IMG/VR virus record: IMGVR_UViG_3300048572_000043 | Coordinates: 1 to 64,000 of that record | From: a virus | Lineage: Duplodnaviria > Caudoviricetes | Length of the DNA: 64,000 nucleotides | Strand: one strand, 5' to 3' | Shown here: positions 21,179 to 30,664 of the stretch, one piece after another | Numbering within the stretch: the stretch's first letter is position 1 | Layout of the letters: each line of letters begins with the position of its first letter | Program-made: the position numbers and the translations under genes | Notes under the pieces: generated by a model | The model's input: the letters and a program-made list of their open reading frames with translations, nothing else | Told to the model about the DNA's origin: nothing | Databases searched by the model: none

Positions 21179-21954
21179 ATTGCAAGCATTTTGCTGTAAT
21201 AATCTGCATAGCTCATTTTAATTTTATTGTTTAATGTAGCATTATGCCATGGTGGGTCCCATCTACAAAAATGTGATATTAAATTGTTATCGTTATATTC
21301 GGTCCAAAATGACCAATAATGATTGGGTATTTGTTTGGCTATGTCAATATATTGTAAATTTATAATTGGTTGATCTGTTCCAGTCTCTACGTGTTTATTG
21401 ATTTTTTGATATTTCTCAGTTAAGTAAAATAAATTTTTAACTGTATCATCTTTTATAATTGATGAATTATAAAGCATAATGCCAGTATTAAAACCGTTTC
21501 TATTTATATCTGTTTCCTTATTTAAAAGGTCATAGTCATTTGTATTCGATTGATCTATGGGACTCCATGTTATAAAAAAATTTTTGATAGTATTTCTTTC
21601 AAAATCTACAAATAAATTATTATTTTTATCTAATAGATTAAATAAAATGTCTAGTTTATCAAAAATCATCGTATCGCAATCTAAATACAGAATCTTATCC
21701 CATGATTTAAAGTATGTTTCAAAAATATGATATTTCAAGTGGTACGCTTTATCGTAACTTTTTTCACTTGGAGATGAAACTGGAAGAAATAATACTTTAT
21801 ATTTTTCTAGAGCTGGCTTTATTTTATCTTCTTTAGTTTTATCGTAAATAATGCAAATATCAATTTGTGCGTGTTTGTCTCTGATATTATTGATATTATA
21901 TTTAATATGATTCAAGTAGTTTTCATCTGTTGCTAGCAGGATTAATTCTTTCAT
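21175..21954 (-). CDS. GT8 glycosyltransferase
   Basis: ATDENY, KILYLDCD, FNTGIML, DQPIIN, HF...PPW. Confidence 0.85.
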   Translation of the reverse strand: MKELILLATDENYLNHIKYNINNIRDKHAQIDICIIYDKTKEDKIKPALEKYKVLFLPVSSPSEKSYDKAYHLKYHIFETYFKSWDKILYLDCDTMIFDKLDILFNLLDKNNNLFVDFERNTIKNFFITWSPIDQSNTNDYDLLNKETDINRNGFNTGIMLYNSSIIKDDTVKNLFYLTEKYQKINKHVETGTDQPIINLQYIDIAKQIPNHYWSFWTEYNDNNLISHFCRWDPPWHNATLNNKIKMSYADYYSKMLAI

Positions 21955-22658
21955 TTAATTACGCATGTTGTAGCTTCTTTGTACTGTAAATTAAAGTTGT
22001 AGTATTTTATTATTTGAAATAAAGAGCTTTCTGGATGAACCTCAAAAGGTACTGGTTGTAATTTTTCGGCTATTTCTATTGCATTATTTAATTTTAAAAT
22101 ACAATCTCTTTTCCCCCATCTTACTTGATCTGGAACTGATCCATAACCATAGACATCAAATCTACATTCCGTAGGAGTATAGATGGTGTTATCTTCTAAA
22201 TTATCGTAAATAGAAATATCTTTTATTGCAGTTTCATTTTCGCATGATTCATTATAACCAAAAAATGTATCTGGTCTTAATTGTATAATGTAATCAAAGA
22301 TAATATTATTCTTATTTTCATATTCTAAAATAGTTTGATTTGAATGATTCCAAATTTTTAACTGACAAAAATAATTAAAAACTCCAGGCCCAAGATGTGG
22401 ATTGCTATGGTGATGTTTAAATTTTGGATCCCAATTGAATTCTTCTTTTAATGGTGAAGTGTATTTTTTTATGAAAATATTTTTTGTTAAATGTTGAGTT
22501 TTTTCTATGTATATATCTGTATTTTCACCTTGCCATGTAGAGAATAAAAAATGAATATCAAAATCTTTATAATTTAAAGGTAAATTTTTAAAATGATTTT
22601 TATAATATTTATAAAAAGTTCTAGGCTGTCCGATATAATTAATACAAACTTTTTTCAT
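21951..22658 (-). CDS. putative glycosyltransferase-like protein
   Basis: GQPRT, STW, FDYIIQLRPD, HPE pattern typical of GT-island genes. Confidence 0.5.
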   Translation of the reverse strand: MKKVCINYIGQPRTFYKYYKNHFKNLPLNYKDFDIHFLFSTWQGENTDIYIEKTQHLTKNIFIKKYTSPLKEEFNWDPKFKHHHSNPHLGPGVFNYFCQLKIWNHSNQTILEYENKNNIIFDYIIQLRPDTFFGYNESCENETAIKDISIYDNLEDNTIYTPTECRFDVYGYGSVPDQVRWGKRDCILKLNNAIEIAEKLQPVPFEVHPESSLFQIIKYYNFNLQYKEATTCVIK

Positions 22659-22692
22659 AATTAAATTTTATCTTATCAGAGTGATTAGTTTT

Positions 22693-23280
22693 TTATTTTA
22701 CTATCCACCATATATGCTCATCTCTATTTAATTCGTATTTATTATTTAAGCAAAATTCGTCTACAGCTTGACACACTCGAAAATTAATATGTTCAAAAAC
22801 ACCATAATCGTCTCCTATTAAAATTCCTCCCTTTTTTACTTTAGAAAAACTATTGTTAATATCATTTAAACATCCTTCATAAGTATGATCTCCATCTATA
22901 AATATAAAATCAAAGAACTCATCCTGAAAATCAATCAGACAATTACTGTTTGCTCTTATAAAAACTGAACGTTCTTTAAAATTTTCTTTTAAGGTATTTG
23001 ATACAATTTTATAAAGAATGTTTCCATTTTCTCCTTCTACAGAATCACTAGTTTTATCCTCATCTGAATATTTCACATATGGATCAATTGAGTAAAGATT
23101 TAAGTTTTTAAATTTATTTAATAAATTAAAAGAATTTCCAGCATAAGCAACTCCTATTTCTGCTCCATATATTGGATCTTTAATTATATTATTTAATATA
23201 TTAAATACTTTTTCATGATTTACTCTCCAAGGTCTTGATTCCGAAGACATTAAATGTTTTACTGATTCTATTGTATGCAT
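22693..23280 (-). CDS. class I SAM methyltransferase (Methyltransf_24-like)
   Basis: AEIGV, IDPY, FDFIFIDGDHTYE, KKGGILIGDDY. Confidence 0.85.
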   Translation of the reverse strand: MHTIESVKHLMSSESRPWRVNHEKVFNILNNIIKDPIYGAEIGVAYAGNSFNLLNKFKNLNLYSIDPYVKYSDEDKTSDSVEGENGNILYKIVSNTLKENFKERSVFIRANSNCLIDFQDEFFDFIFIDGDHTYEGCLNDINNSFSKVKKGGILIGDDYGVFEHINFRVCQAVDEFCLNNKYELNRDEHIWWIVK

Positions 23281-23285
23281 AAATT

Positions 23286-24128
23286 TTATTTTATTGCTCT
23301 TATAATCTTATCTGCACATCCTTTAAATGTATAATACTCACTATATATTTGTTTTCCTAAAGTATTTTTTTTAATTATTTCTTCTTGTGATATATTATTT
23401 AAAATATCCTCAATATTGTTTATGTCTTTTATATGAATAAAAACTCCATAATCATTAAAATCTATCATATCATTAAATGGAATCCATGGTTTATCAGAAA
23501 TATATACTGGAATAGATCTATGTTGTAATGCTTCGCATATTCTAAAAGATGTTGCTCCATATCCCCTTGGGCATAAAGAAAAGACGCTTCTAGACATTGT
23601 ACTGGAAAATGCATCATAACTTATAGAATTTTCGAATAAATATCCATTTTTATTTTTAAGATTATCATGGAGCTTTTCTCTAATCGAGTTATTTCTTCCA
23701 TATATAACTCCTATGAAGCTGGCAAAAATGTCTTTATTCTCTATTTTTATATTTGGATTTGGTTGGCAAATTAGCGGGATTGAATAATCTCCAATGTATC
23801 CTTTTCTTCCTCCTCCGCCTCCTTGACCAAAAACATATATATTTTTATATTCAAATGGATTTACTATGCCATCATCCCATTGAATGATTGTGAAATATTC
23901 TTTATTTTTATCTAAAGTATCTAAAAATCTATTAATTTCACATATATCTTGTTGCGCGTAGTCTTTTGAGATGTAGTAATTGGTCCAAAAAATTGGTAAA
24001 TATGTTTTACTTGTTTGAGGCTTACTTTCTACAAACCAGTTATAAAAATATTCTTCAAATATAATTTTATTGTTTGGTGGATATTCATGGTTAGTTTTAA
24101 CCATAAATGGTGTCTCTAATATATTCAT
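23286..24128 (-). CDS. exostosin-like glycosyltransferase (GT47)
   Basis: SVFSLCPRGYGATSFRICEALQ..IPVYISD..PF. Confidence 0.85.
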   Translation of the reverse strand: MNILETPFMVKTNHEYPPNNKIIFEEYFYNWFVESKPQTSKTYLPIFWTNYYISKDYAQQDICEINRFLDTLDKNKEYFTIIQWDDGIVNPFEYKNIYVFGQGGGGGRKGYIGDYSIPLICQPNPNIKIENKDIFASFIGVIYGRNNSIREKLHDNLKNKNGYLFENSISYDAFSSTMSRSVFSLCPRGYGATSFRICEALQHRSIPVYISDKPWIPFNDMIDFNDYGVFIHIKDINNIEDILNNISQEEIIKKNTLGKQIYSEYYTFKGCADKIIRAIK

Positions 24129-24778
24129 TGCCATGTGCAAGTATTAAAATGTATGCAAATCGTTTCTTCTTTAGTAAAAGATTTTATATAATTAATTGAT
24201 TGTTCATCTAAATTTCGAACTGAATTTCTTTCTGCTCCTGGAAATGGAAAAAAGTAATTTTTATTTAAATTTTTAATATTGAGTAGAGATTTATTGTCTT
24301 CATAAATTTTATGAATATAATATGGACCAGTTTTAAGAAGAACCATTCCTTTTTCATCTCCAGTATCATTCTTTACTACTGGAGTAGTTTTTGAAAGACC
24401 ATCAATAAAATCTTTACAAATTTTATGATTAGGAATAGATGCTACGATGCTATTCCAAGTTTCATTTTCATTTCCACTACCAATGAAAAAATCATATTCT
24501 AGTAATTCATCAAATTTTTTAATTTGAATAAAATCATAATCCATATAAATACCACCATATTTATTAAGAATTTCAAATCTTAAGATATCTGATTTTGATC
24601 CAACGTTTTCTGTTATATTATAAAAATCTTTTTGTATTAATTCAAAATCTATATTATCATCGTTCCATTCTTTTACTTCGTAATCGTTATTTATTCTTTT
24701 GATTTCATTTAATGTGATGTCAAATATTGCTGGCCTTTTACCTCCTAACCATATTAAATGTATAACTTTAGGTATCAT
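24125..24778 (-). CDS. GT32 (OCH1-like) glycosyltransferase
   Basis: MIPKVIHLIW, SDILRFEIL..YGGIYMDYD, TGP. Confidence 0.9.
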   Translation of the reverse strand: MIPKVIHLIWLGGKRPAIFDITLNEIKRINNDYEVKEWNDDNIDFELIQKDFYNITENVGSKSDILRFEILNKYGGIYMDYDFIQIKKFDELLEYDFFIGSGNENETWNSIVASIPNHKICKDFIDGLSKTTPVVKNDTGDEKGMVLLKTGPYYIHKIYEDNKSLLNIKNLNKNYFFPFPGAERNSVRNLDEQSINYIKSFTKEETICIHFNTCTWQ

Positions 24779-25596
24779 TTTAAAATTTTAGATAAAAAAT
24801 TATCATATATCCAATCTTCTGGGCATATGAATTGTTTGGCAATTTCAAAGTTATTTTTAATGCTTTCTATTTTAAAATTATAAAAATCTTCATTGCAATT
24901 TTTGATTATATCTTTTAATTCCTCTAAAGATGAAAATTTAATTATCCCATTCATATCAAATATTTTACTTATATCACTTCCCCAAAAGATAGGGATTGTT
25001 CCAGTTATTAAACAATCAACTAGTTTCTCTGAAAAATACATATCATTATTATCATTTTCAATAATAAATGAATATCTAAAATCTTTAAGTGCAGTTAACT
25101 TAGAATCAATAGGGCTATAGCCTCTTCCACATATTAAATCTAAATTGTCTTTAAAGCTTTGAATAACTGAATGCCTCATTCTGTGTCCAGTGGTCCAGTT
25201 TTTTTCTGAAGCTATAATTGAAATATTTTTGTTTTTTTGATGAATTTGTCTATCGCTTGGATTAATCCAGCATCCTCCAAATGGATAGTATGAGCATTTT
25301 TGTGGATTTAAATTTATCAATTCTAAATTGTGAGTTAGAATATAATCGTATTTATCAATATTTTGGTAAGCTGCATTAAACGTTTCATAATTAATAGAGA
25401 GAGGCTCACAAATCCAAGCTATATTAGTTTTACTTTTACTAGTTGAAACTAAATTATGTTTAATCGGTCCATCTGTAAAAAAACAAATATCTAACCATGT
25501 ATTATCGTCTCTATTAAATTTAATTTTACTAGGTAATACATTGCCTAGTCCAAGAGCATGAGAAAAACACCCATCTCTAAGTGAAACTTCTATCAT
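24775..25596 (-). CDS. GT10 fucosyltransferase-like protein
   Basis: FRYSFIIEN...YFSEKLVDC..GTIPIFWG. Confidence 0.8.
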   Translation of the reverse strand: MIEVSLRDGCFSHALGLGNVLPSKIKFNRDDNTWLDICFFTDGPIKHNLVSTSKSKTNIAWICEPLSINYETFNAAYQNIDKYDYILTHNLELINLNPQKCSYYPFGGCWINPSDRQIHQKNKNISIIASEKNWTTGHRMRHSVIQSFKDNLDLICGRGYSPIDSKLTALKDFRYSFIIENDNNDMYFSEKLVDCLITGTIPIFWGSDISKIFDMNGIIKFSSLEELKDIIKNCNEDFYNFKIESIKNNFEIAKQFICPEDWIYDNFLSKILK

Positions 25597-25611
25597 ATTA
25601 GTTAAGATGGA

Positions 25612-26385
25612 TTACCAGCAGAGAATTAGATTATCTTTATGTGTTAAAGGAAATTCTTCTGCTCTTTTTGTATTGAAATTGCTTAGTTTTTGTTCTAATT
25701 CTTGTAGTGAGTATGAATCAATACGCCAGTCCTTGCTGATGAAGTTGCAGGTTATATATCCATGAGTAGATTTAAGAACAATATTATTTAAATAAAACTC
25801 TTGAATACTTCTAGATATTTCTGTGAATGCATAGTTACTTATGATAAGATCAAATTTTTTATCTAATCTTGCAATCTCATTAGGTCTAACTACTTTTACA
25901 TTTTTTACATTTAATTTATTCAAATACTTTTCAGCTAAATTTAACGATTCGTCTAGGTCAACTAGATAATAATTTTGAATGTTAAAAAAATCAGAAATGA
26001 TTTTACATTGACCACCATAACCAACGCCAATTTCTATAATATTAAAGTTTTCTAAAGAACCGCATAATTGTTTTAAGTCTGATAGTACTTTTATATATCT
26101 TAATGTAGTTGGTGAAATTTTACCAATATCTTCGTATTCGAATATAGCTGGAGATCCATATATGTCATTTTCTTTAAAATTCTGTAATTTAGAAAGATAC
26201 TCTGGAAAATTTACATCAAGATATTGTTTGTATAGTTTACCTTGATCTTCTGATACGTGCTCTAAAACTTCAGTATAGTCTGAATTATTTCTAAAAAAAT
26301 TAAAATAAAAATCATTAAGAGCTGCCATTTGGCATGCATTTTTATATTTATGGGTGTCACTTATGCTGCTTTGTAGTTGGTACAT
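25612..26385 (-). CDS. putative sugar O-methyltransferase
   Basis: SPTTLRY, IIEIGVGYGG, VDL, DLIISNYAFTE. Confidence 0.8.
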   Translation of the reverse strand: MYQLQSSISDTHKYKNACQMAALNDFYFNFFRNNSDYTEVLEHVSEDQGKLYKQYLDVNFPEYLSKLQNFKENDIYGSPAIFEYEDIGKISPTTLRYIKVLSDLKQLCGSLENFNIIEIGVGYGGQCKIISDFFNIQNYYLVDLDESLNLAEKYLNKLNVKNVKVVRPNEIARLDKKFDLIISNYAFTEISRSIQEFYLNNIVLKSTHGYITCNFISKDWRIDSYSLQELEQKLSNFNTKRAEEFPLTHKDNLILCW

Positions 26386-26424
26386 ATATACTTTATATTG
26401 AATCTATTCGATTTATCAAATATT

Positions 26425-27234
26425 TTATATAACAATCCATTCTTTAGGTATTAAGTCTTCCAGTCTCCATCTTCCTTGATATGCTGGCCCAAGCCAATTC
26501 TTGGGCGCAATAACTTTATTATTACTATTTATATATGCAGCCCACCAAGCGAAACTGCTATTTGCTAGAATATTGTTCTTGCAATTAGACATAATATACA
26601 TATCTTCAAAAGCGTGATTGTTTTCCATATAGATAAAATTAATCTCCTTGAATTCGTTAAAAATATTCTTTGCATGATCAATCGTGTCTGAAAAAACTAA
26701 ATAATTAGAAACATTAAGAATCTCAAAAGCTTTTTTGTAATATTCTTTATCCATTATTGGATGATGATGATCTCTTCCAACATAATCCCCATACCTTAAA
26801 TGTACTGAAGAGTAATTATTTAAATCAAAATTATATTTGATACGAACTGATTCTTTGATCGAGTCCTTAAATTTAAATTGATCTATTAAATCAATTTTAA
26901 AATGTTCGAAAAATTTATAAGATTGAAAATAGCCTTCTAAATCTGTATGATCTGGTATTTTAAAAATCTCTGGATTAAAGACTGCTGGATAACCCCAATT
27001 GATTTTATGCTTTAAAGTCTTTAAATCGTTGTCATTTAAAATTTGAGCAGATACATTTTTAAAACAATTTAAGAAATAATGTTGAATTCTTTTTGTTCCA
27101 TCATCAAAATGCTCTTCTGTTTTAGGAATTTTAACTTCATAGCCATTTATTTTACCAATACTATAAAGAGTTGCGTATTGAAATAGTTGATTTCCAATTG
27201 CTCCATATTTTCCAAGTTGAGAAAAGGTAATCAT
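26425..27234 (-). CDS. GT11 alpha-1,2-fucosyltransferase
   Basis: GAIGNQLFQYA, GYFQS, VHLRYGDY, NSSFAWWAAY. Confidence 0.9.
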   Translation of the reverse strand: MITFSQLGKYGAIGNQLFQYATLYSIGKINGYEVKIPKTEEHFDDGTKRIQHYFLNCFKNVSAQILNDNDLKTLKHKINWGYPAVFNPEIFKIPDHTDLEGYFQSYKFFEHFKIDLIDQFKFKDSIKESVRIKYNFDLNNYSSVHLRYGDYVGRDHHHPIMDKEYYKKAFEILNVSNYLVFSDTIDHAKNIFNEFKEINFIYMENNHAFEDMYIMSNCKNNILANSSFAWWAAYINSNNKVIAPKNWLGPAYQGRWRLEDLIPKEWIVI

Positions 27235-27929
27235 TTTGGCCTCATATTATAAAAATTTTCCATTATTGCTTTTCCATAAGTAGCATTACCTAAGTTAATA
27301 TCAGAAAAACTATCTCTTTGCGTGGCTAAATATTCATTTGAACAAAATCCTTTATTTTGATTTAAAAAATGTCTCATAAAAAATCCATCATAAGATTCAT
27401 TTTTTGCTTGCCAATTAATAATTTCTGATCCTTCTGGAATATGATCTAGAATTGGTTTAAATGAAGATGAATTATATGCTATCGCATGTGTTGTCAATGC
27501 GCTCTTAATTCTTAATAAATTTGCGCTAACTCTTTCTAGCGGCTCTTTGAATTTTTCATCTGTTACGTTCATTCCAAGATAAAATATATCCCATTCTTTA
27601 TCTTTTAATTCATTTAGAGATAAAGATAAATTTTTGATTGGATCATTGTGAAACTCTACATCATCTTCTAAAACTAATACGTTTTTTACATTTTCATTAT
27701 TACAAATTTTTATAATTTCTCTATGAGAGGCTGTACATCCACAAGCTCTAATATTAATCCATCTAAGTTGTGGCGGTAGTTCTCCTATAAATTTAATTGC
27801 ATTAAATTTAATTACTTTATTTTCTATTCCTAATTTAGCAAATTCTTCTAAACATTGATCCCATTTGTCTATTCTTTCTGGAAGATTAATGCAATATATT
27901 CTATCAAAATAATCAAATGGGTTATTCAT
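27231..27929 (-). CDS. GT25 glycosyltransferase
   Basis: YCINL..R.D, GC..SH, LVLEDD, WDIFYLG. Confidence 0.85.
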   Translation of the reverse strand: MNNPFDYFDRIYCINLPERIDKWDQCLEEFAKLGIENKVIKFNAIKFIGELPPQLRWINIRACGCTASHREIIKICNNENVKNVLVLEDDVEFHNDPIKNLSLSLNELKDKEWDIFYLGMNVTDEKFKEPLERVSANLLRIKSALTTHAIAYNSSSFKPILDHIPEGSEIINWQAKNESYDGFFMRHFLNQNKGFCSNEYLATQRDSFSDINLGNATYGKAIMENFYNMRPK

Positions 27930-27930
27930 A

Positions 27931-28830
27931 TTATTTATTATATATTAAACCTTTAAAATCTCCATTTAAATCTGATTCTAGTACTTTAGGAAATAATTGG
28001 CATTTAGCTGATTGTTTATGCCAACCACCTTGTTTTGCAGTTATGAATTCTAAATCGCTAATTGTTGAATATTGAGAAGCTAAGACAGTTATTGGTTCTT
28101 GAGAAAATGGACTTTGTTTATTTTTAATGCTTTCATCAATTAATTGTTGAGAGGCTTCTTCTGTTTTCCATTTAGAATCTAAGTCGCCATCGTATGTTGA
28201 GACTACTTTCTCGCTAACAGATTTTGCTCCACCCATATAAGAATAATGCCATCCTCCATTTTCTATTCTTGGCATAAAATCTTTATCTCGTCTTAAAATT
28301 TGAAGGCTCATTCCAAAGCACAGAGTATTTAAATGTTTTAATCCTTCGTATTTACAAGCTACAGTACCAGTAACATTTTTATTTGTATAAATATCAACAT
28401 AATGAACAAAAAACATTTGATTTAATGCAACGATTGGATAGCTTATCATTTGCTGAAATATATCTTTATTAGGAATTTCATCGCAATCTGAAATCATCAC
28501 TATATCTAAATTATCTAAGTTTAACTTTTCAATTTGCTCAAAAAGCCTTATTCTTTGCTCATGTTCTTTCGCTCCAATTTTTGCATCTGGAAAAAATTTA
28601 GGCATTAGAATATCAAATCTTCCATCTAGTTGTATGGGTGAATAAATAATCTTATCCTTAAACTCTTGTAATCTATTATCTTTCCAAAAAGATAATTCTT
28701 TATCTTGACCTTGATGAGTTTTTGTGGCTTCATTAATTATAAAATAATCTACTACATCATATAATTCTTTAATTCTAAGATAGGCGATATCCTTTTCATT
28801 AAAATACATGAAGCAATCTACTAACTTCAT
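27931..28830 (-). CDS. GT17 (MGAT3-like) glycosyltransferase
   Basis: DCFMYFNE, VVDYFII.EA..TH.G..K, ISDCDEIP, GGWHYSY. Confidence 0.85.
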   Translation of the reverse strand: MKLVDCFMYFNEKDIAYLRIKELYDVVDYFIINEATKTHQGQDKELSFWKDNRLQEFKDKIIYSPIQLDGRFDILMPKFFPDAKIGAKEHEQRIRLFEQIEKLNLDNLDIVMISDCDEIPNKDIFQQMISYPIVALNQMFFVHYVDIYTNKNVTGTVACKYEGLKHLNTLCFGMSLQILRRDKDFMPRIENGGWHYSYMGGAKSVSEKVVSTYDGDLDSKWKTEEASQQLIDESIKNKQSPFSQEPITVLASQYSTISDLEFITAKQGGWHKQSAKCQLFPKVLESDLNGDFKGLIYNK

Positions 28831-29651
28831 TCTAATGTCCATTCTTCTGATGAATCAATTTGCTCTACTGAATGATTCAAGATATTCAATCTATAAAATC
28901 TTTCGTTATTAATAAAGAATCTCATTTTTTCATCAATTGCATTATTTCTCCAATATTGTTTTAATGAGTCTAGGTTAAACTTTATTCCTAAGTCTTGACA
29001 ATATCTTCTAAATGTTTGTCTGATATCTTCTTGTCGTTGATATCTTTCTGGAGTTTTGCCGTTATCATAGTAATGAAGGACACAATGATTTGATCTTCCA
29101 TAAATAAAATAATATTTCATGTCGCTATCAATATAATGTTTTCTTTGAGATGGTCTTTCTTCCCATGCAAACATTTTTTGATTTTTTCCATAATACTCAT
29201 AAAGATCAAGATATCCTGGCCTCATGCCTTGAAGACCCCAATGAGGACTTCCTTGGAATATCATATCGTCAAAATACTTAATAAGAAAAGCTTTTTGTCT
29301 GTCAACACAACTATTTACTTTATTCTTTTCTAAGAAATTTTCTATAAAATTACGCAAGTTTTTTGCCCAATCTATATCTAATCTTTCGCAACTATCACGA
29401 ATAATAAACCAATCACCGTTTTGCATTACATTTGATCTTAAAAAATCGTTCATTTGAAGATCGTGGTCATTTGACCATTCTCTATTTATGATTTTTCCTT
29501 GACCTTTTCTTGCATTTAATACTTCTGATGTGCCGTCTGTTGATCCTCCGTCTACAAAAATTAACCCATCAAAATATTGGTATATGTCTTTGGTCATATC
29601 GTCAATATTCTGCTTTTCATTTTGGGTAATACCGCATAGCCAGATCTTCAT
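28827..29651 (-). CDS. GT2-like glycosyltransferase
   Basis: FVDGGSTDGT; W..D.....N; DSCE. Confidence 0.7.
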   Translation of the reverse strand: MKIWLCGITQNEKQNIDDMTKDIYQYFDGLIFVDGGSTDGTSEVLNARKGQGKIINREWSNDHDLQMNDFLRSNVMQNGDWFIIRDSCERLDIDWAKNLRNFIENFLEKNKVNSCVDRQKAFLIKYFDDMIFQGSPHWGLQGMRPGYLDLYEYYGKNQKMFAWEERPSQRKHYIDSDMKYYFIYGRSNHCVLHYYDNGKTPERYQRQEDIRQTFRRYCQDLGIKFNLDSLKQYWRNNAIDEKMRFFINNERFYRLNILNHSVEQIDSSEEWTLE

Positions 29652-29662
29652 AAGGTAAAAAA

Positions 29663-30628
29663 TTATACTAAATTATTAAGGAAATGTCCAAGCTTTTCGG
29701 TTTCTTTGTCGTTATCAATAATTTGTCTTATAGCGCTAGCTGTTGTATATTGAATAAAATACCTGTAATCTTTGCTTTCATATAGAGCTTTCAATTTTGC
29801 AATATATTCATATTCACTTTCAAAAAATAAAGTTGTTACATTTTCAATACTCCAATTCATTAAACTTTTATTTTGCGCCATTTTGCGATGCATAAATACT
29901 GGTCTTCCACAAGCCATGCTTTCAATTACTGCTATTCCATATCCTTCTAGATGTTTAATGTGTTGAGTTGCAATACTTGATTTTAAACTTTTAGTTAATT
30001 GTTCTTGAGAGCTATCTGTGTGATAATGATAATCTATATACGGAGTAATCTGCTGTAAAGCTTTACTCATATTATATTCTTGATTAAAATTCTTTTCGTA
30101 TTCTGAAATGTAAATTCCAATTATATTTCCATCTGTTGGTCCATCAAAGGTACATCTATCATAGTCAACCCAAGGTTTATAATAAAGATGATTTACCTTG
30201 TATTTGTTGGCAAGAAAATATCCAACGTAATCTGCACAAAGATAATTTTTAATAATATAAAATGGATAAGCTCCATCCCAATAATCATTGCCACTATAAC
30301 AAGCTAATTTGCTATTGTCTTTTAAGTGTGGCCAAATTTCATTTAATATCTCAAATTGACTTTCAAAACTCGTAATAAATATTACTTCTGGTTTGAGGTC
30401 TAGTATTTCTTGCTTATTTAAAGCTTTGACATTTTTATGTTGGAATTCAAGATCTGCTTTTTCTTGAGTCCAAGATGTATTCCAAGCCCATTGATTAAAT
30501 TCTTTTGGTGGAAAATTGGTTGGGATATATTCATTGCTTGGTAAAATTAAAGTATGACCAAGCTTATAGAGTGCTTTTGCTATATTTTTTGTTAAATTTA
30601 AATGTATATCTGGCCAAAGTATATTCAA
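29663..30628 (-). CDS. GT-B (GT4-like) glycosyltransferase
   Basis: EGYGIAVIESMACGRPV. Confidence 0.75.
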   Translation of the reverse strand: MNILWPDIHLNLTKNIAKALYKLGHTLILPSNEYIPTNFPPKEFNQWAWNTSWTQEKADLEFQHKNVKALNKQEILDLKPEVIFITSFESQFEILNEIWPHLKDNSKLACYSGNDYWDGAYPFYIIKNYLCADYVGYFLANKYKVNHLYYKPWVDYDRCTFDGPTDGNIIGIYISEYEKNFNQEYNMSKALQQITPYIDYHYHTDSSQEQLTKSLKSSIATQHIKHLEGYGIAVIESMACGRPVFMHRKMAQNKSLMNWSIENVTTLFFESEYEYIAKLKALYESKDYRYFIQYTTASAIRQIIDNDKETEKLGHFLNNLV

Positions 30629-30664
30629 TAAGATATTATATACTTAAAAAATAAAAAATCAAAA

